This document shows, piece after piece, positions 1-10,164 of a stretch of 64,000 nucleotides of DNA. How positions within the stretch are numbered: position 1 is the stretch's first letter; each line of letters begins with the position of its first letter. Both the position numbers and the translations under genes were made by a program. The stretch is from a virus (lineage: Duplodnaviria; Caudoviricetes): positions 1 to 64,000 of the IMG/VR virus record IMGVR_UViG_2648501152_000001. One strand, written 5' to 3'. The notes beneath the pieces were generated by a model. That model searched no databases. It was not told the origin of the DNA and was given only the letters and a program-made list of their open reading frames with translations.

Positions 1-1371
1 GTGAAAACAGCCGTCTACACCCGCATCAGCTTCGACCGAAAGAACACCGGCGCAGGAGTCGACCGGCAACTCGAAGGATGCGAAAACCTCGCCAAAGAAC
101 TCGGCTGGACCATCCTCCACACCTTCTCCGACAACGACATCTCCGCCTACTCAGGCAAGGTTCGCCCCGGCTTCGAAGCGCTCATCCACGCCATGAAAAC
201 CGGGCAGATCGAAGCACTCATCTGCTGGCACCCCGACAGGCTCTACCGGCACATGAAAGACCTCGAACGCATCATCGACATCGCCGACTCCCAACACGTA
301 GAGATCCGATCCGTCCAAGGCGGCACCATCGACCTATCCACGGCATCGGGCCGCATGGTGGCCCGCATCCTCGGCTCGGTGGCGCGGCAGGAGTCGGAGC
401 ATGCGGGGGAGCGCCGAAGGTTCGCGAACGACCAGCGGGCCGCGCAAGGGGTGTTCTACACGAGTGGTCCACGCACGTTCGGGTACACCCAGAAGGGTGA
501 GCCGATGCCAGGCGAGGCGGAAGCTGTAGCGAAGGCGGCAGAGGACATCTTGTTCGGTAAGTCGATTCGTGCGGTGGCGCGGGAATGGAATGAGCAGGGT
601 TTCCGGACGACACGTAAACAGAGGGCGTGGACGGGCACTGCGGTGCGTGGAACGATTGTGAATCCACGTTATGCGGGTATTCATGTGCATCGCGGCAAGG
701 TGATCGGGCGTGGCGATTGGGTGCCGTTGATCAGTGAGGACACTCACTATAGTTTGGTGGCTTTGATGGAGGATAATAAGCCGTCGTCTGATCGTTCGTT
801 TGAACGTCAGTTTCAGGGTTCTGGTGTGTATTTGTGTGGGGTGTGTGGCACGCCGCTTTACCAGTTTTCCGGCGGGAAGCGTGAGGCCCGGTCTTATAAG
901 TGCCCTAAGTATCATGTGGGTCGTAGTGTTGAAAAGTTGGATGATTATGTTTCGCGGCTGGTGGTTGGGTATTTGTCGCGTCCGGATGCTCCGAATGTGG
1001 TGGATGTTGAGGAGCCGACGGTTGATTTGGCGGCTTTGAGGATTAAGCGTGATGCGTTGCAGGCTAAGTTGAAGTCTTTGACTGAGATGTTCACGGATGA
1101 CCATATCGACAAGGATCAGTTTTTGTCGGGGACTGCGGATGTGCGTGAAAAAATTGCGGCGTTGGATGCGCAGATGGTGGTGATCAATAAGGCGTCTCCG
1201 GTGACGTATTTGTTGTCGCAGCGGGATCGGGTCGGGGAGGCGTGGGAGGAGTTGTCGCCGGATATTCGCGGGAAGGCGATTCAGGCGTTGATGACGGTTC
1301 GGGTGTTGCGGATGGCCCGGAAGTCGCCTCGGTTCAATCCGGATGATGTGGAGGTTCGCTGGCTGCTGTAG
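1..1371 (+). CDS. int: Large serine recombinase (serine integrase)
   Basis: N-terminal YTRIS catalytic motif, SAYSGKVRPGF, DRLYR; recombinase domain (RTFGY...NPRYAG), zinc ribbon CGVCG/YKC, coiled coil. Confidence 0.95.
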   Translation: MKTAVYTRISFDRKNTGAGVDRQLEGCENLAKELGWTILHTFSDNDISAYSGKVRPGFEALIHAMKTGQIEALICWHPDRLYRHMKDLERIIDIADSQHVEIRSVQGGTIDLSTASGRMVARILGSVARQESEHAGERRRFANDQRAAQGVFYTSGPRTFGYTQKGEPMPGEAEAVAKAAEDILFGKSIRAVAREWNEQGFRTTRKQRAWTGTAVRGTIVNPRYAGIHVHRGKVIGRGDWVPLISEDTHYSLVALMEDNKPSSDRSFERQFQGSGVYLCGVCGTPLYQFSGGKREARSYKCPKYHVGRSVEKLDDYVSRLVVGYLSRPDAPNVVDVEEPTVDLAALRIKRDALQAKLKSLTEMFTDDHIDKDQFLSGTADVREKIAALDAQMVVINKASPVTYLLSQRDRVGEAWEELSPDIRGKAIQALMTVRVLRMARKSPRFNPDDVEVRWLL

Positions 1372-1435
1372 CGGGGTGTGGCCGCACCTGCGCGACGTGT
1401 TGTTTAAACCGGTACTGATGTTTTAGTATGGGTGC

Positions 1436-1609
1436 ATGACTAGTGGTGATGAGCGGGCTGCGGTTGCGGTGGCGGAGTTGGATGAGCGGGTGCGTCGGAT
1501 GGTGGAGGCTGCGCCGGCGTGGACTGATGTGAAGCGTGAGCGGATTTTGGCGTTGTTCGCTGCGGATCGGTCGAGCCGGGTTGTGGACAGCGATGAGGCT
1601 GCGGCATGA
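1436..1609 (+). CDS. Small hypothetical protein (57 aa), possible recombination directionality factor
   Basis: Manually translated ORF MTSGDERAAVAVAELDERVRRMVEAAPAW...; stop overlaps next start (ATGA); function is a guess from position. Confidence 0.5.
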   Translation: MTSGDERAAVAVAELDERVRRMVEAAPAWTDVKRERILALFAADRSSRVVDSDEAAA

Positions 1610-3021
1610 GCGCGCGAGAAGCACTTCCGTCGCACGTCGCCATTGCTGAGCATTGGCTGGAGCATCAAGCTCCCAATTCTGGGATGGTCCCCGACATCAA
1701 CCGACCCGCTTGCATGGCGTGCGGATGGTTCCCACGTAAGAATGTCTCAAGGTCGATCCACAAGGCTTGGAGTCAGGCCGGGCTAGAGCGGTGCCATATC
1801 ATTCCCCATGCGCTTGGGGGGAGCGCTGACCCGGCCAACCTTGTCTTGATGTGCAGGGAGTGCCATGTCGACTCACCGGATGTAGCTGACCGCGAGTTCA
1901 TGCTCGAATGGATAGCCAGGCGAGAAGATGGAACCTACTTCACGCGCTGTCATCGCGAGCTTGACAGGCACCCCGAGTATCTAAACCTTCTGGCTGGCGT
2001 TCATGAAGGCGACATCAACTTGGCCGTCGACTACGCAGGATCGTATGTTCTGTCGAGTTCTGTATCGCACAGTGGAGCCATTTCGCCTGGAACATACGCA
2101 GCGTCTGCGATAGTTGGTCTACGCAAGGCGTCCTCTGTGGATGCTGCTACCGTCCATCGCCTCGTTGAAGTAGGTGAGCTAGATCGGCAGTTCAAAGCTG
2201 CGCTCGACGTTGTACTGGCAGAGAGAGATGCGGAGCGTATTACCGCTGCCGCTATCAAGTCGCATCGCAGAAGTGCAGAGGTCGGCGCGATCCGTGGTCG
2301 TCCGCCGTACGGCTACAGGGACATAAGGGATCGAACGGGAAAGATCACAGAGAGGGTCAAGGATCAGGCATCCTCTAGGAACATTGAAGAGATTGCGCAG
2401 CGCCTCCTAAGTGGTGAGCCCCTGCCTAGAGTCGTTGACGACTTCAATAGGCGCAAGATTGCTGCGCCAGGTACGTCGAAGGCTTGGACGAGGATGATTG
2501 CGGACAGGCTGCTTCGCGTTCCGCACTATGCAGGATTGCGTGTGCATCGCGGCGAGGTTGTCGGTGTTGGGTCGTGGCAGCCAATCTTTACGCCGGAGGA
2601 TCGGGATCGACTGATTTCCATTCTCGACTCGCTGACTCGAAGTGGTGCCGAGAAGTACCTACTGTCTGGGATTGCTGTATGCAGCGTATGTGGGTCGACT
2701 GTTGTCGGCGTGAAATCGAAGTACACATCGTACGCCTGCTCAAGCGGGAGTCGTTGTGTGAAGCGCAGCGAAGATTTCGCCAACTCTGTCGTAGAGGGCG
2801 CTATAGTGCATCGGCTTGACGATGCGCCAAAGTCGTATCTTGGCGGTCTTTCAACTCGGGCGGCATGGGAGTCCGGGTCCGCGTCTTTGCTGGATAGGCG
2901 CGCCATTGTGAGGGACTTAGTTGAGTCAATCACGATCATGCCGGTTGGGCGTGGGCGTATCCAGTGCAAGGATCGGGATGCAATCCGCGTAGTCCTCCGT
3001 TCGAAGGAGGTTGCGTCGTGA
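1606..3021 (+). CDS. HNH endonuclease domain fused to serine-integrase DNA-binding (recombinase + zinc ribbon) domains, no catalytic resolvase domain
   Basis: CMACG...ERCHIIPHALGGSADPANLVLMCRECH (HNH); GRPPYGY, PHYAGLRVHRGEVVGVGSWQPI, YLLSGIAVCSVCG..YAC resemble the C-terminal half of ORF 1..1371. Confidence 0.8.
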   Translation: MSAREALPSHVAIAEHWLEHQAPNSGMVPDINRPACMACGWFPRKNVSRSIHKAWSQAGLERCHIIPHALGGSADPANLVLMCRECHVDSPDVADREFMLEWIARREDGTYFTRCHRELDRHPEYLNLLAGVHEGDINLAVDYAGSYVLSSSVSHSGAISPGTYAASAIVGLRKASSVDAATVHRLVEVGELDRQFKAALDVVLAERDAERITAAAIKSHRRSAEVGAIRGRPPYGYRDIRDRTGKITERVKDQASSRNIEEIAQRLLSGEPLPRVVDDFNRRKIAAPGTSKAWTRMIADRLLRVPHYAGLRVHRGEVVGVGSWQPIFTPEDRDRLISILDSLTRSGAEKYLLSGIAVCSVCGSTVVGVKSKYTSYACSSGSRCVKRSEDFANSVVEGAIVHRLDDAPKSYLGGLSTRAAWESGSASLLDRRAIVRDLVESITIMPVGRGRIQCKDRDAIRVVLRSKEVAS

Positions 3022-3479
3022 GCGCCCCGAAGCGGTTTCTGGTGACGTACCGTCTGGAGGATTGGCGTCTGCGGGTGCGGATTCACCACAACGACGGCAC
3101 TTATCTGGGGGAAACCCACACCAAGCATCGTGATGTTTCGTTGGTGCGTGGGTTGGCTGAGTCCTACCTCAACTTCTACTTCAACGACACGCATGAGCGT
3201 GCGGTGACGGTGTTCGGGTCTCGCATCACCGCACCGAAGCGGAAGACGCCGAAGGTGCCGGCGCGGGTGGTTGATCCGCGGGTGGAGGCGAACCGCAGGC
3301 GTGGGTGTCCGACTCCGGAAAAGGCGGCGTTTCGGTGTCGGGTGGATGCGGAGCGGGCGTTGGTGCATGCGTGGGCGCATCGTGAGCGGGGCGGGTATGT
3401 GCCGGTGCGCGTGTACTCGGATTGTCGATGCAAAATGTGGCATCTGACTTCACGCTCCGAGTGGAGCAATGCCGCCTAG
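3018..3479 (+). CDS. Hypothetical protein with C-terminal Cys/His motif
   Basis: GTGA overlap with upstream stop; CPTPEK...VRVY..C.CKMWHLTS motif typical of small actinophage proteins. Confidence 0.6.
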   Translation: MSAPKRFLVTYRLEDWRLRVRIHHNDGTYLGETHTKHRDVSLVRGLAESYLNFYFNDTHERAVTVFGSRITAPKRKTPKVPARVVDPRVEANRRRGCPTPEKAAFRCRVDAERALVHAWAHRERGGYVPVRVYSDCRCKMWHLTSRSEWSNAA

Positions 3480-3875
3480 TTAATCTATTCGGCATCACCA
3501 TGTAGCCGCCGCTGTGCACGCTGATCGTGCATGGCGGCGGCTTCCGTGTAGGTTGACTAAAACCGCATTTAGATGCACTAGCGGATTAACTAGCGTGTTC
3601 CCGGTTTGGTTCGTACTGGTATTATTGCTGGTGGGAGTGTTTTGCGCCCGTAGGTGGCATGTAATGCTTACAGTTTCGATGACTGGAAGCAATCCGGTGA
3701 CGTGCGGAAACGACTCCACAAACACCCCCAAATCTGGCCGGATCTGGCCTCTGTGGGTTGAGTGAAAGATTCACCGGATGCACCTGTTCCTGCATGCCGG
3801 AAACGTGGGTGGTGGACGCCTGCCCGCAAACTGATACATTCCTGCGTTCCTCGACAACTACACAGCGGAGACGAC

Positions 3876-5090
3876 ATGGCTGCACGGCGAGACAACGGAG
3901 ACGGCTCACTGTTCTGGAGCGAGAGCCGTAAGTTATTCATCGGGGCGATCTACCTTCCCAACGGCAAACGCAAACAGGTCACATCCAAAGACAAGGCTGC
4001 CTGCAAGGCGAAGCTGGACGCCCTCAAAGCGAACATCGCGGACGGGCTCGACCCGCACTCCGATCAGGTCACCGTCGCCACGTGGTGCAAGCACTGGCTG
4101 GAATCGTTGGCGCCGAAAACGGTGCGCCCGAACACGCTCGCCAACTATCGGGCCGCAGTCAACACCTACATCGTTCCGTCGATCGGCAGGGTGAAACTCC
4201 ACGACCTCAAGCCGCATCATGTGCGGGAGGTGCACGACGCAGTCACGGCTGCGGGCCGCTCGTCGGGGACTGCGTTGAATACGCATTGGGCGTTGTCGGC
4301 GGCGTTGGGTGCTGCGGTGGCGGAGGAGATGATGGTCCGCAATCCGTGCGATCGGGTGAAGGCGCCGAAGGTGACGCGGGAGAGGCGGGGCGCGCTCACT
4401 GTCGAGCAGGCTCAACGTTTGTTGTCCACGTGCATGGAACACGATGATCCGATGGTGTCGCGGTGGGCAGCGGCGTTGATGTTGGGGGCTCGGCAGGGTG
4501 AGCTGTTGGGGTTGACGTGGGATCGGGTGGATCTCGACAAGCGCACGGCGAATCTGGAGTGGGCGTTGGATCGGTTGCCGATGGTCCACGGGTGTGCCGG
4601 TTCGTGTGGCGCGAAGTGGGCGTCCAGGTGCCCTCGGGCTGTGTTCGATGTTGAGGAGTGGTTCGAGTACATCCCGTTGTACAAGAATTTGGCGTTGGTT
4701 GATCCGAAGTCGGATCGGTCCCGCAGGGTGGTGCCGATCCCGGCCCCGTTGGCGGTGCTGCTGGAGGAGCATCGGGAACACTCACCCGAGAATCGTCACG
4801 GTTTGGTGTGGGCAACCGATGGGGGTGAGCCGATCGACCCGGGCGCGGATTTGCGGGCGTGGAAGTCTGCGGTGCAGCGGGCCGGGTTGCCTCCGGTGGT
4901 GTTGCATGAGGCGCGGCATTCCACGGCGAGCATTCTATTGGAGTCGGGCGTGGATCAGGGCGTTATCATGGCTGTGTTGGGGCATTCGTCCATCATCACG
5001 ACGCGGGGGTACACACATGCCAGCGACAAGTTGGCGCGGGCTGCGTTGAGCAATCTGGATGTGTTGTTGGAGGATGTGCCTGAGTGGTAA
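3876..5090 (+). CDS. int: Tyrosine integrase
   Basis: GGAG RBS; MAARRDNGDGS arm-binding start; GARQGELLGLTW (R), PKS (K), LHEARH (HxxR), LGHS, Y in TRGYTH. Confidence 0.93.
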   Translation: MAARRDNGDGSLFWSESRKLFIGAIYLPNGKRKQVTSKDKAACKAKLDALKANIADGLDPHSDQVTVATWCKHWLESLAPKTVRPNTLANYRAAVNTYIVPSIGRVKLHDLKPHHVREVHDAVTAAGRSSGTALNTHWALSAALGAAVAEEMMVRNPCDRVKAPKVTRERRGALTVEQAQRLLSTCMEHDDPMVSRWAAALMLGARQGELLGLTWDRVDLDKRTANLEWALDRLPMVHGCAGSCGAKWASRCPRAVFDVEEWFEYIPLYKNLALVDPKSDRSRRVVPIPAPLAVLLEEHREHSPENRHGLVWATDGGEPIDPGADLRAWKSAVQRAGLPPVVLHEARHSTASILLESGVDQGVIMAVLGHSSIITTRGYTHASDKLARAALSNLDVLLEDVPEW

Positions 5091-5548
5091 CGGTTCGCTT
5101 GGGTGTTCGAGTGCCGGGGTGGTGCGCCAGGGTGGCGTGCTGCCCCGGTTTTGTTCGTTGTGCGGCGGCTGCTGGCTCTTGTGGTTGCTCGCCGGGTTGT
5201 GTCAGGTGTAGGCAATTCCAGCTTCCCTGGGGTGCGGTTCGGGGGTGTGTGGTTGTGCGCTACCGAATATGAATGATGCTCGTTTACCACGGGATTTGGG
5301 GGTTAGGGTTGGCTTTGTTGTGGTGTTTGGTTCATGAAAGCCAACTTGCATGTAACACGTTGGAAACAGATAGTTTTGTCCGGTTTGACCGATCCCAGCA
5401 AGGACTAAAGTCCACTACCCGTCGGTAAGATGTTTGAACTGGTGAAACCTACGTAACGTCCCGTTTCTGTCGGGGATACACGCTATGATCAACGAGTCAA
5501 CTCGAACACCTGTTCGAACACTACGAGCCTACGGGGGCCACAGACATC

Positions 5549-6013
5549 ATGAGCAAGACCCAGCGATTCCGCGCCAAGCACATCGACCAGCACACCCTCG
5601 CCAACTGGTCCGTCTTGGGCATCACCATGCACCACCCCACCGGAACCGCCGTCTACTGGCACAACGACGACTGCCAGACCCTCATGAAAGACATCGGTTT
5701 GATCCGCGTCAACGAAGATCGCAGCATCGACCTCCACCCCTTCGCGCCCGCTACCACCGACGACCTCAACGTGCTCCGCGGCGCCGGCATGGAAGCCGCC
5801 CAGAACGAACCCTCCAAAGCAACCGCCTGGACCAAGCACAAGTCCAAGACCGGCGTCTACTGGACGTGCGTGATCTCCGTGCCGCTCGACTGCAACGACG
5901 AAGTGGCGGTCGCTGTCCGCAGCCACCAGGCGAAAGAACTCACCGTGCACGAGTCATTCACCAAGAAGACACGGATGGCGACCGCCACCGACGAAACTAT
6001 GGAACCCCTGTAG
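5549..6013 (+). CDS. Hypothetical protein
   Basis: 154-aa ORF with phage-like codon usage. Confidence 0.6.
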   Translation: MSKTQRFRAKHIDQHTLANWSVLGITMHHPTGTAVYWHNDDCQTLMKDIGLIRVNEDRSIDLHPFAPATTDDLNVLRGAGMEAAQNEPSKATAWTKHKSKTGVYWTCVISVPLDCNDEVAVAVRSHQAKELTVHESFTKKTRMATATDETMEPL

Positions 6014-6454
6014 TCAGCTGACGCGAGTAGGGCGGCGGAGCACGAGGGATTCCGCCGCCTCCTCCGTCGCAGCAGCCGTCAACCGAGCATGCTCAGTCAG
6101 ATCCCGAATGAACGAATCCACCATCTTCTGCTGACGCGCCGTCAAATACGCGGCCTCCGGGGGAAGCTCATACAGCTTCTCGCTGATCGTCCCATTCAAC
6201 CCAGCCCACTTCGCAATCAGCGACGGCTTCTTCCCCAACGCCTGCGCCACCTTATGAATCACATGCGGCTCCGGCCCCGTCTTCGTGTACTCACCATGAA
6301 TCAGCCGACGCACCGTCACCGGAGCCAACCCCGTCGCCCGCGCTAGCCCGTTCATAGACGGCTCACCGAACTTGTCCAGCATCTCGCGGTTGCCGGTTTG
6401 CTTCATCGCCACAGCCCACTTCTCAGGGATGCTGCGCTCAATCTTCTCGATCAT
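6014..6454 (-). CDS. HTH DNA-binding protein
   Basis: SMNGLARATGLAPVTVRRLIHG HTH-like; coupled to upstream repressor gene. Confidence 0.7.
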   Translation of the reverse strand: MIEKIERSIPEKWAVAMKQTGNREMLDKFGEPSMNGLARATGLAPVTVRRLIHGEYTKTGPEPHVIHKVAQALGKKPSLIAKWAGLNGTISEKLYELPPEAAYLTARQQKMVDSFIRDLTEHARLTAAATEEAAESLVLRRPTRVS

Positions 6455-6879
6455 GACTTGCTCCTCTTGGACTGTGTACGGGTGGTTTTTGTTGTCTTGC
6501 GGGTCGCAACCGTTGACCTAGCTGGCTTCTTCACTGGTTCCGGCTGCGGGGTCGGTTTGCGTTTCTGGGCTCTGCGTAACAACTCTTGCAGTAGCTCTTC
6601 ATCTGTTCGTTCTTCTATGGGTGTGGCGTTACGTTCCGCCTCCCATTCGTCTTGGGTGAGATACCCCGCGGCCACCAGGGCTTCCAGGACGCTGGTGCCG
6701 AGGGCTTCCGCGACGGCCCGAATGATTTGTTTGTCGCGGGGTGCGACTCCACCGTTCCGCCATTGCGACATTCCTCCACGGTTGAGTCCGATGGTGTCTG
6801 CGAGGTGGGACTGGTTGAGACCATTCCGTTCGAGTCCTTCCTCGATGTACTGCCACCAGGCGGTCGTTGTTGTCGTCAT
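6451..6879 (-). CDS. XRE-family immunity repressor
   Basis: LNQSHLADTIGLNRGGMSQWRNG HTH; LVAAGYL motif; divergent from early lytic operon. Confidence 0.8.
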   Translation of the reverse strand: MTTTTTAWWQYIEEGLERNGLNQSHLADTIGLNRGGMSQWRNGGVAPRDKQIIRAVAEALGTSVLEALVAAGYLTQDEWEAERNATPIEERTDEELLQELLRRAQKRKPTPQPEPVKKPARSTVATRKTTKTTRTQSKRSKS

Positions 6880-7216
6880 GCCGTGGATTGTACTGCCAAG
6901 TATTCGCGGCTTACTGCTGTTGAGTCAACAGTTCAGGGTAGGTAGTTGTACTCATTTGCGCTGCTCGGTTGGTGTCTAGGGCTATCTAAGCACGTCATAC
7001 CGTCTGTATGCAACACACAGTGACGGGAACCGCTAGGGCCTTTAGTCCCTGTTTACCGTCCATGTGCCCGGGACTGTCCATCTGTACCCACACCTTGACG
7101 GGTGCAAACATGCGCATCCACCAGCGAAGTAGCCTGTACCCACACGGACGGTTGACCACGACCACATCCACGTGTAGGTTTGGTTTATCCAACCAACACC
7201 ACGTGTAGGGGTCACC
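6880..7216. promoter_or_regulatory. Divergent immunity/early control region
   Basis: Non-coding; TGTACCCACAC at 7083 and 7135, CCACGTGTAGG at 7168 and 7199. Confidence 0.6.
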
Positions 7217-7315
7217 ATGAAACAGCACACCAGGGCGCAACGCGCCGTCGACATCTTCGCCATCCTCTGCCTCCTCGCCGTCGTGTGCATCCCCGTAGTG
7301 GCGGTGTACGCATGA
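7217..7315 (+). CDS. Small membrane peptide (32 aa)
   Basis: MKQHTRAQRAVDIFAILCLLAVVCIPVVAVYA; ATGA overlap with next gene. Confidence 0.45.
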   Translation: MKQHTRAQRAVDIFAILCLLAVVCIPVVAVYA

Positions 7316-8220
7316 TGCTCACCGGCCGCAAACTCGAAACCCCCATCACCCCCGGCAGCATCGAACACCTGTCGGTACTCTCCGCGTCGAAAATGCCGCA
7401 GCTCATGAACCTTTGCCCACCCGAATGGGGCGACGAATTCACCCTGTGGCACGAAATGCGGCACAAGCGGCAACTCTCGAAACCGTCCGATGCCATGACC
7501 CGTGGACACGAGTTCGAGCCCATGATCCGCGACTGGTTCCAACGCGACCACCCCACGCTGCGGGTCGAAACCTCGTCCACGTGGGCGCATCTGGAACGCC
7601 CGTGGCAGACCGCCGACCCCGACGGGGAAGTGTGGCACCAGGACGGCACCCTCGAACTCCTGGAGATCAAGACCGCCTCCGATATGCGGGACTGGGGGCA
7701 GCCCGGAACCGACGAAATCCCCGACCACTACTACGCGCAAACCCAGTGGCAGCTCGACACGATCGGTGCCCGCCGCGTCCACGTCGCCGTGTGTGGTCCG
7801 TTCGAGTTGTTCGACCGGAAACCCCGCTACTACATCGTGGACTATGACCCGGAGTATGCGCGGGTGTTGCGGGAGAAGGGGTTGCGGTTCATGCAGTCCC
7901 TAGAGTTGGACGTGGAGCCGGTGCGTCGTAATGCCACCGACAAAGCCATGCTCGCCGTCCGCTGGAAGAACACCACCATCACCGACGATCCGGGGTTGGA
8001 GATCCCCGACGAGATCGCCGAACCCTACCTCGCCACCCGCGGCGACTGCCCCACATGCGCCGAAGCCAAGAATGCTGCCGCAACCCTGCTGGAGTACATG
8101 GGCACGGCGAAGAAAGCCACCTACCGGGGTGTGACGATCGCGAACCGCGTGAACGGTCGCGCCGGCGCACCACCAATGCTGCGAGCCGCCAAGGGCATCG
8201 CACTCAAAACCACCGCATAG
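7312..8220 (+). CDS. YqaJ/RecE-like exonuclease
   Basis: MTRGHEFEP, ADPDG, LEIKT, YYAQTQWQL lambda-exonuclease family motifs; adjacent to Bet. Confidence 0.9.
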   Translation: MMLTGRKLETPITPGSIEHLSVLSASKMPQLMNLCPPEWGDEFTLWHEMRHKRQLSKPSDAMTRGHEFEPMIRDWFQRDHPTLRVETSSTWAHLERPWQTADPDGEVWHQDGTLELLEIKTASDMRDWGQPGTDEIPDHYYAQTQWQLDTIGARRVHVAVCGPFELFDRKPRYYIVDYDPEYARVLREKGLRFMQSLELDVEPVRRNATDKAMLAVRWKNTTITDDPGLEIPDEIAEPYLATRGDCPTCAEAKNAAATLLEYMGTAKKATYRGVTIANRVNGRAGAPPMLRAAKGIALKTTA

Positions 8221-8232
8221 AAAGGCAACACC

Positions 8233-10089
8233 ATGACCAGCCAGGAAATCGCTACCCGCCACGGTTCCGACCTCGCCATCGACGCCGACCAGACCTTCTG
8301 GAACGACAAGCAGGTCGCAGCCCTCCGTCAGCTCGGAGTCGGAAGCGCCAACAACGGCGACCTCGCAGTGTTCTTCCACCAGTGCCAGCGCACCGGACTC
8401 GACCCGTTCGCACGCCAGATCTACATGATCGAACGGCAGGGCAAGCAAACCATCCAGACCGGCATCGACGGCTTCCGCCTCATCGCCCGCCGCGCAGTCG
8501 ACCGCACCCGCGAAACCCTCGGATACGAGGACACCCTCTGGTGCGGGAAGGACGGCAAGTGGATGGATGTGTGGCTGTCCACCGATGCGCCCGCCGCCGC
8601 CAAGGTCACCGTGATCCGCAACGGTGAGCGTTACCCGGCTATCGCCCTGTACTCCGAATACGCGGGGTTGAAGCGGGACGGCAGCCCGACGCAGATGTGG
8701 GCGACGAAGCCCGCCCTGATGCTCGCCAAGTGTTTCGACGAGGACACCGAGATACTCACCGACAAGGGATTCATGCACTTCTCCAAGGTCTCCGGAGAGA
8801 AGATCATGCAGGTAACCGACCACGGTCTCGAAGCTGTCGACGCCGTCCCGTTCGTCCAGGACTACGCCGGCGAGATGGTCACCCTCGATGGTGACATGCT
8901 CAACTTCTCGGTGACACCGAATCACGACATGGTCACCACCTTCGGCAAGGTTGAGGCCGGTGCGATGTACGCCACCACGACCACCCGCGGCCTCTGGTCA
9001 ATCCCGATGGTCGCCCCCGGGTCCGACGTAGACGAGCCGACCGTGGCCGACGAGGATCTCCGTCTCGCCGGGTACATCGTCGCCGACGGATGGCACAACG
9101 GGCATCGCCTATTCAACGTCTCGGTCTCCCGCCAGTACAAGCGCGACGCCCTGCGTGCCCTCTCCCCGGAGGGTGTCCGCACGGTCCACTCGAAGGGTGC
9201 CGTCGCAGAGGGTGATCGCCCGGTCCGGTCCAACTTCGACAAGGAACTGTTCACCTTTGACGCCTCCCGTGTAGCCAGGTTCCTCGACCGAGACAAGGCC
9301 ATCGACGTCTCCGGGTTCTATGGTCTGTCGCAGCGGCAGGTGCGGATCTTCGTTGACGCCTGGCAGGAGTTCGACGGCCACACCAACCGCAAGACCGGCG
9401 TCCGTCGCGTCTACATGACCCGTCCGGGACACGTCGCCGCGTTCGAGACCCTGGCGGTCATGGCTGGGTACTCGGTGAACGTCCCTCGTGAGCGCGAGAG
9501 CGACCTGTCTGACAACGTCGGCCACTCGATCACCATCAGCGAGCCGAAGCCGATCCGGGTAGTGAAGGACAACACCACCGGCCGCCCGTCGCTGACCCTC
9601 ACAGAGAACGCCACCGGGCGCGTCTGGTGTGTCACCGTGCCCTCCGGAAAGGTCGTCGTTCGCCGTGGCGGGTTCTCGATGGTCTGCGGCAACTGCGCTG
9701 AGGCCCTGGCGCTGCGCAAGGCGTTCCCGCAGGACCTCTCGGGCCTGTACACGGTCGACGAGATGCAGCAGGCCGACAACAACGCTTCGAATGTGACGCC
9801 GCTGCCGCAGCGCAGCCGCGCACGCCAGGTCGAAGCTGCGCCGGCACCCGAACGGGAACCCGTCGACATCGATGCCCTCACCGCCCAGGTGGAGAACTCC
9901 GAAGGCCTGGACGAACTCCGCAACATCTGGAAGATCGTCGCCGACCTGGATGACAGTGTGGCGGGGGAGTTGCGGGACAAGATCATGGCGCAGCAGGTGG
10001 AGATCAAGAACCGTGCCGCGATTGCGGAGGCTGAGGTGGAGCCGTCGCACGAGGCCGCGGTGGAAGCCGAGATCGTCGAAGCCTCCTGA
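8233..10089 (+). CDS. bet: Bet/RecT-like single-strand annealing protein with intein
   Basis: CQRTGLDPFARQIY, QTGIDGFR, MLAK/CAEALALRKAFP split by intein. Confidence 0.9.
   Translation: MTSQEIATRHGSDLAIDADQTFWNDKQVAALRQLGVGSANNGDLAVFFHQCQRTGLDPFARQIYMIERQGKQTIQTGIDGFRLIARRAVDRTRETLGYEDTLWCGKDGKWMDVWLSTDAPAAAKVTVIRNGERYPAIALYSEYAGLKRDGSPTQMWATKPALMLAKCFDEDTEILTDKGFMHFSKVSGEKIMQVTDHGLEAVDAVPFVQDYAGEMVTLDGDMLNFSVTPNHDMVTTFGKVEAGAMYATTTTRGLWSIPMVAPGSDVDEPTVADEDLRLAGYIVADGWHNGHRLFNVSVSRQYKRDALRALSPEGVRTVHSKGAVAEGDRPVRSNFDKELFTFDASRVARFLDRDKAIDVSGFYGLSQRQVRIFVDAWQEFDGHTNRKTGVRRVYMTRPGHVAAFETLAVMAGYSVNVPRERESDLSDNVGHSITISEPKPIRVVKDNTTGRPSLTLTENATGRVWCVTVPSGKVVVRRGGFSMVCGNCAEALALRKAFPQDLSGLYTVDEMQQADNNASNVTPLPQRSRARQVEAAPAPEREPVDIDALTAQVENSEGLDELRNIWKIVADLDDSVAGELRDKIMAQQVEIKNRAAIAEAEVEPSHEAAVEAEIVEAS
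8731..9693 (+). mobile_element. Intein (321 aa) with LAGLIDADG-like endonuclease region
   Basis: Starts CFDEDTEILT, block B VTPNHDM, LAGYIVADG, ends VWCVTVPSG..VCGN followed by Cys +1. Confidence 0.9.
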
Positions 10090-10094
10090 TGTCA

Positions 10095-10128
10095 CCGGGT
10101 GGTGGGCGCATAGCCGTCCACCACCCGG
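10095..10128 (+). terminator. Hairpin after bet
   Basis: CCGGGTGGTGGGCG...CGTCCACCACCCGG inverted repeat. Confidence 0.5.
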
Positions 10129-10164
10129 CTTCAACACACACGGACACAAAACGGAAGGGATCGC

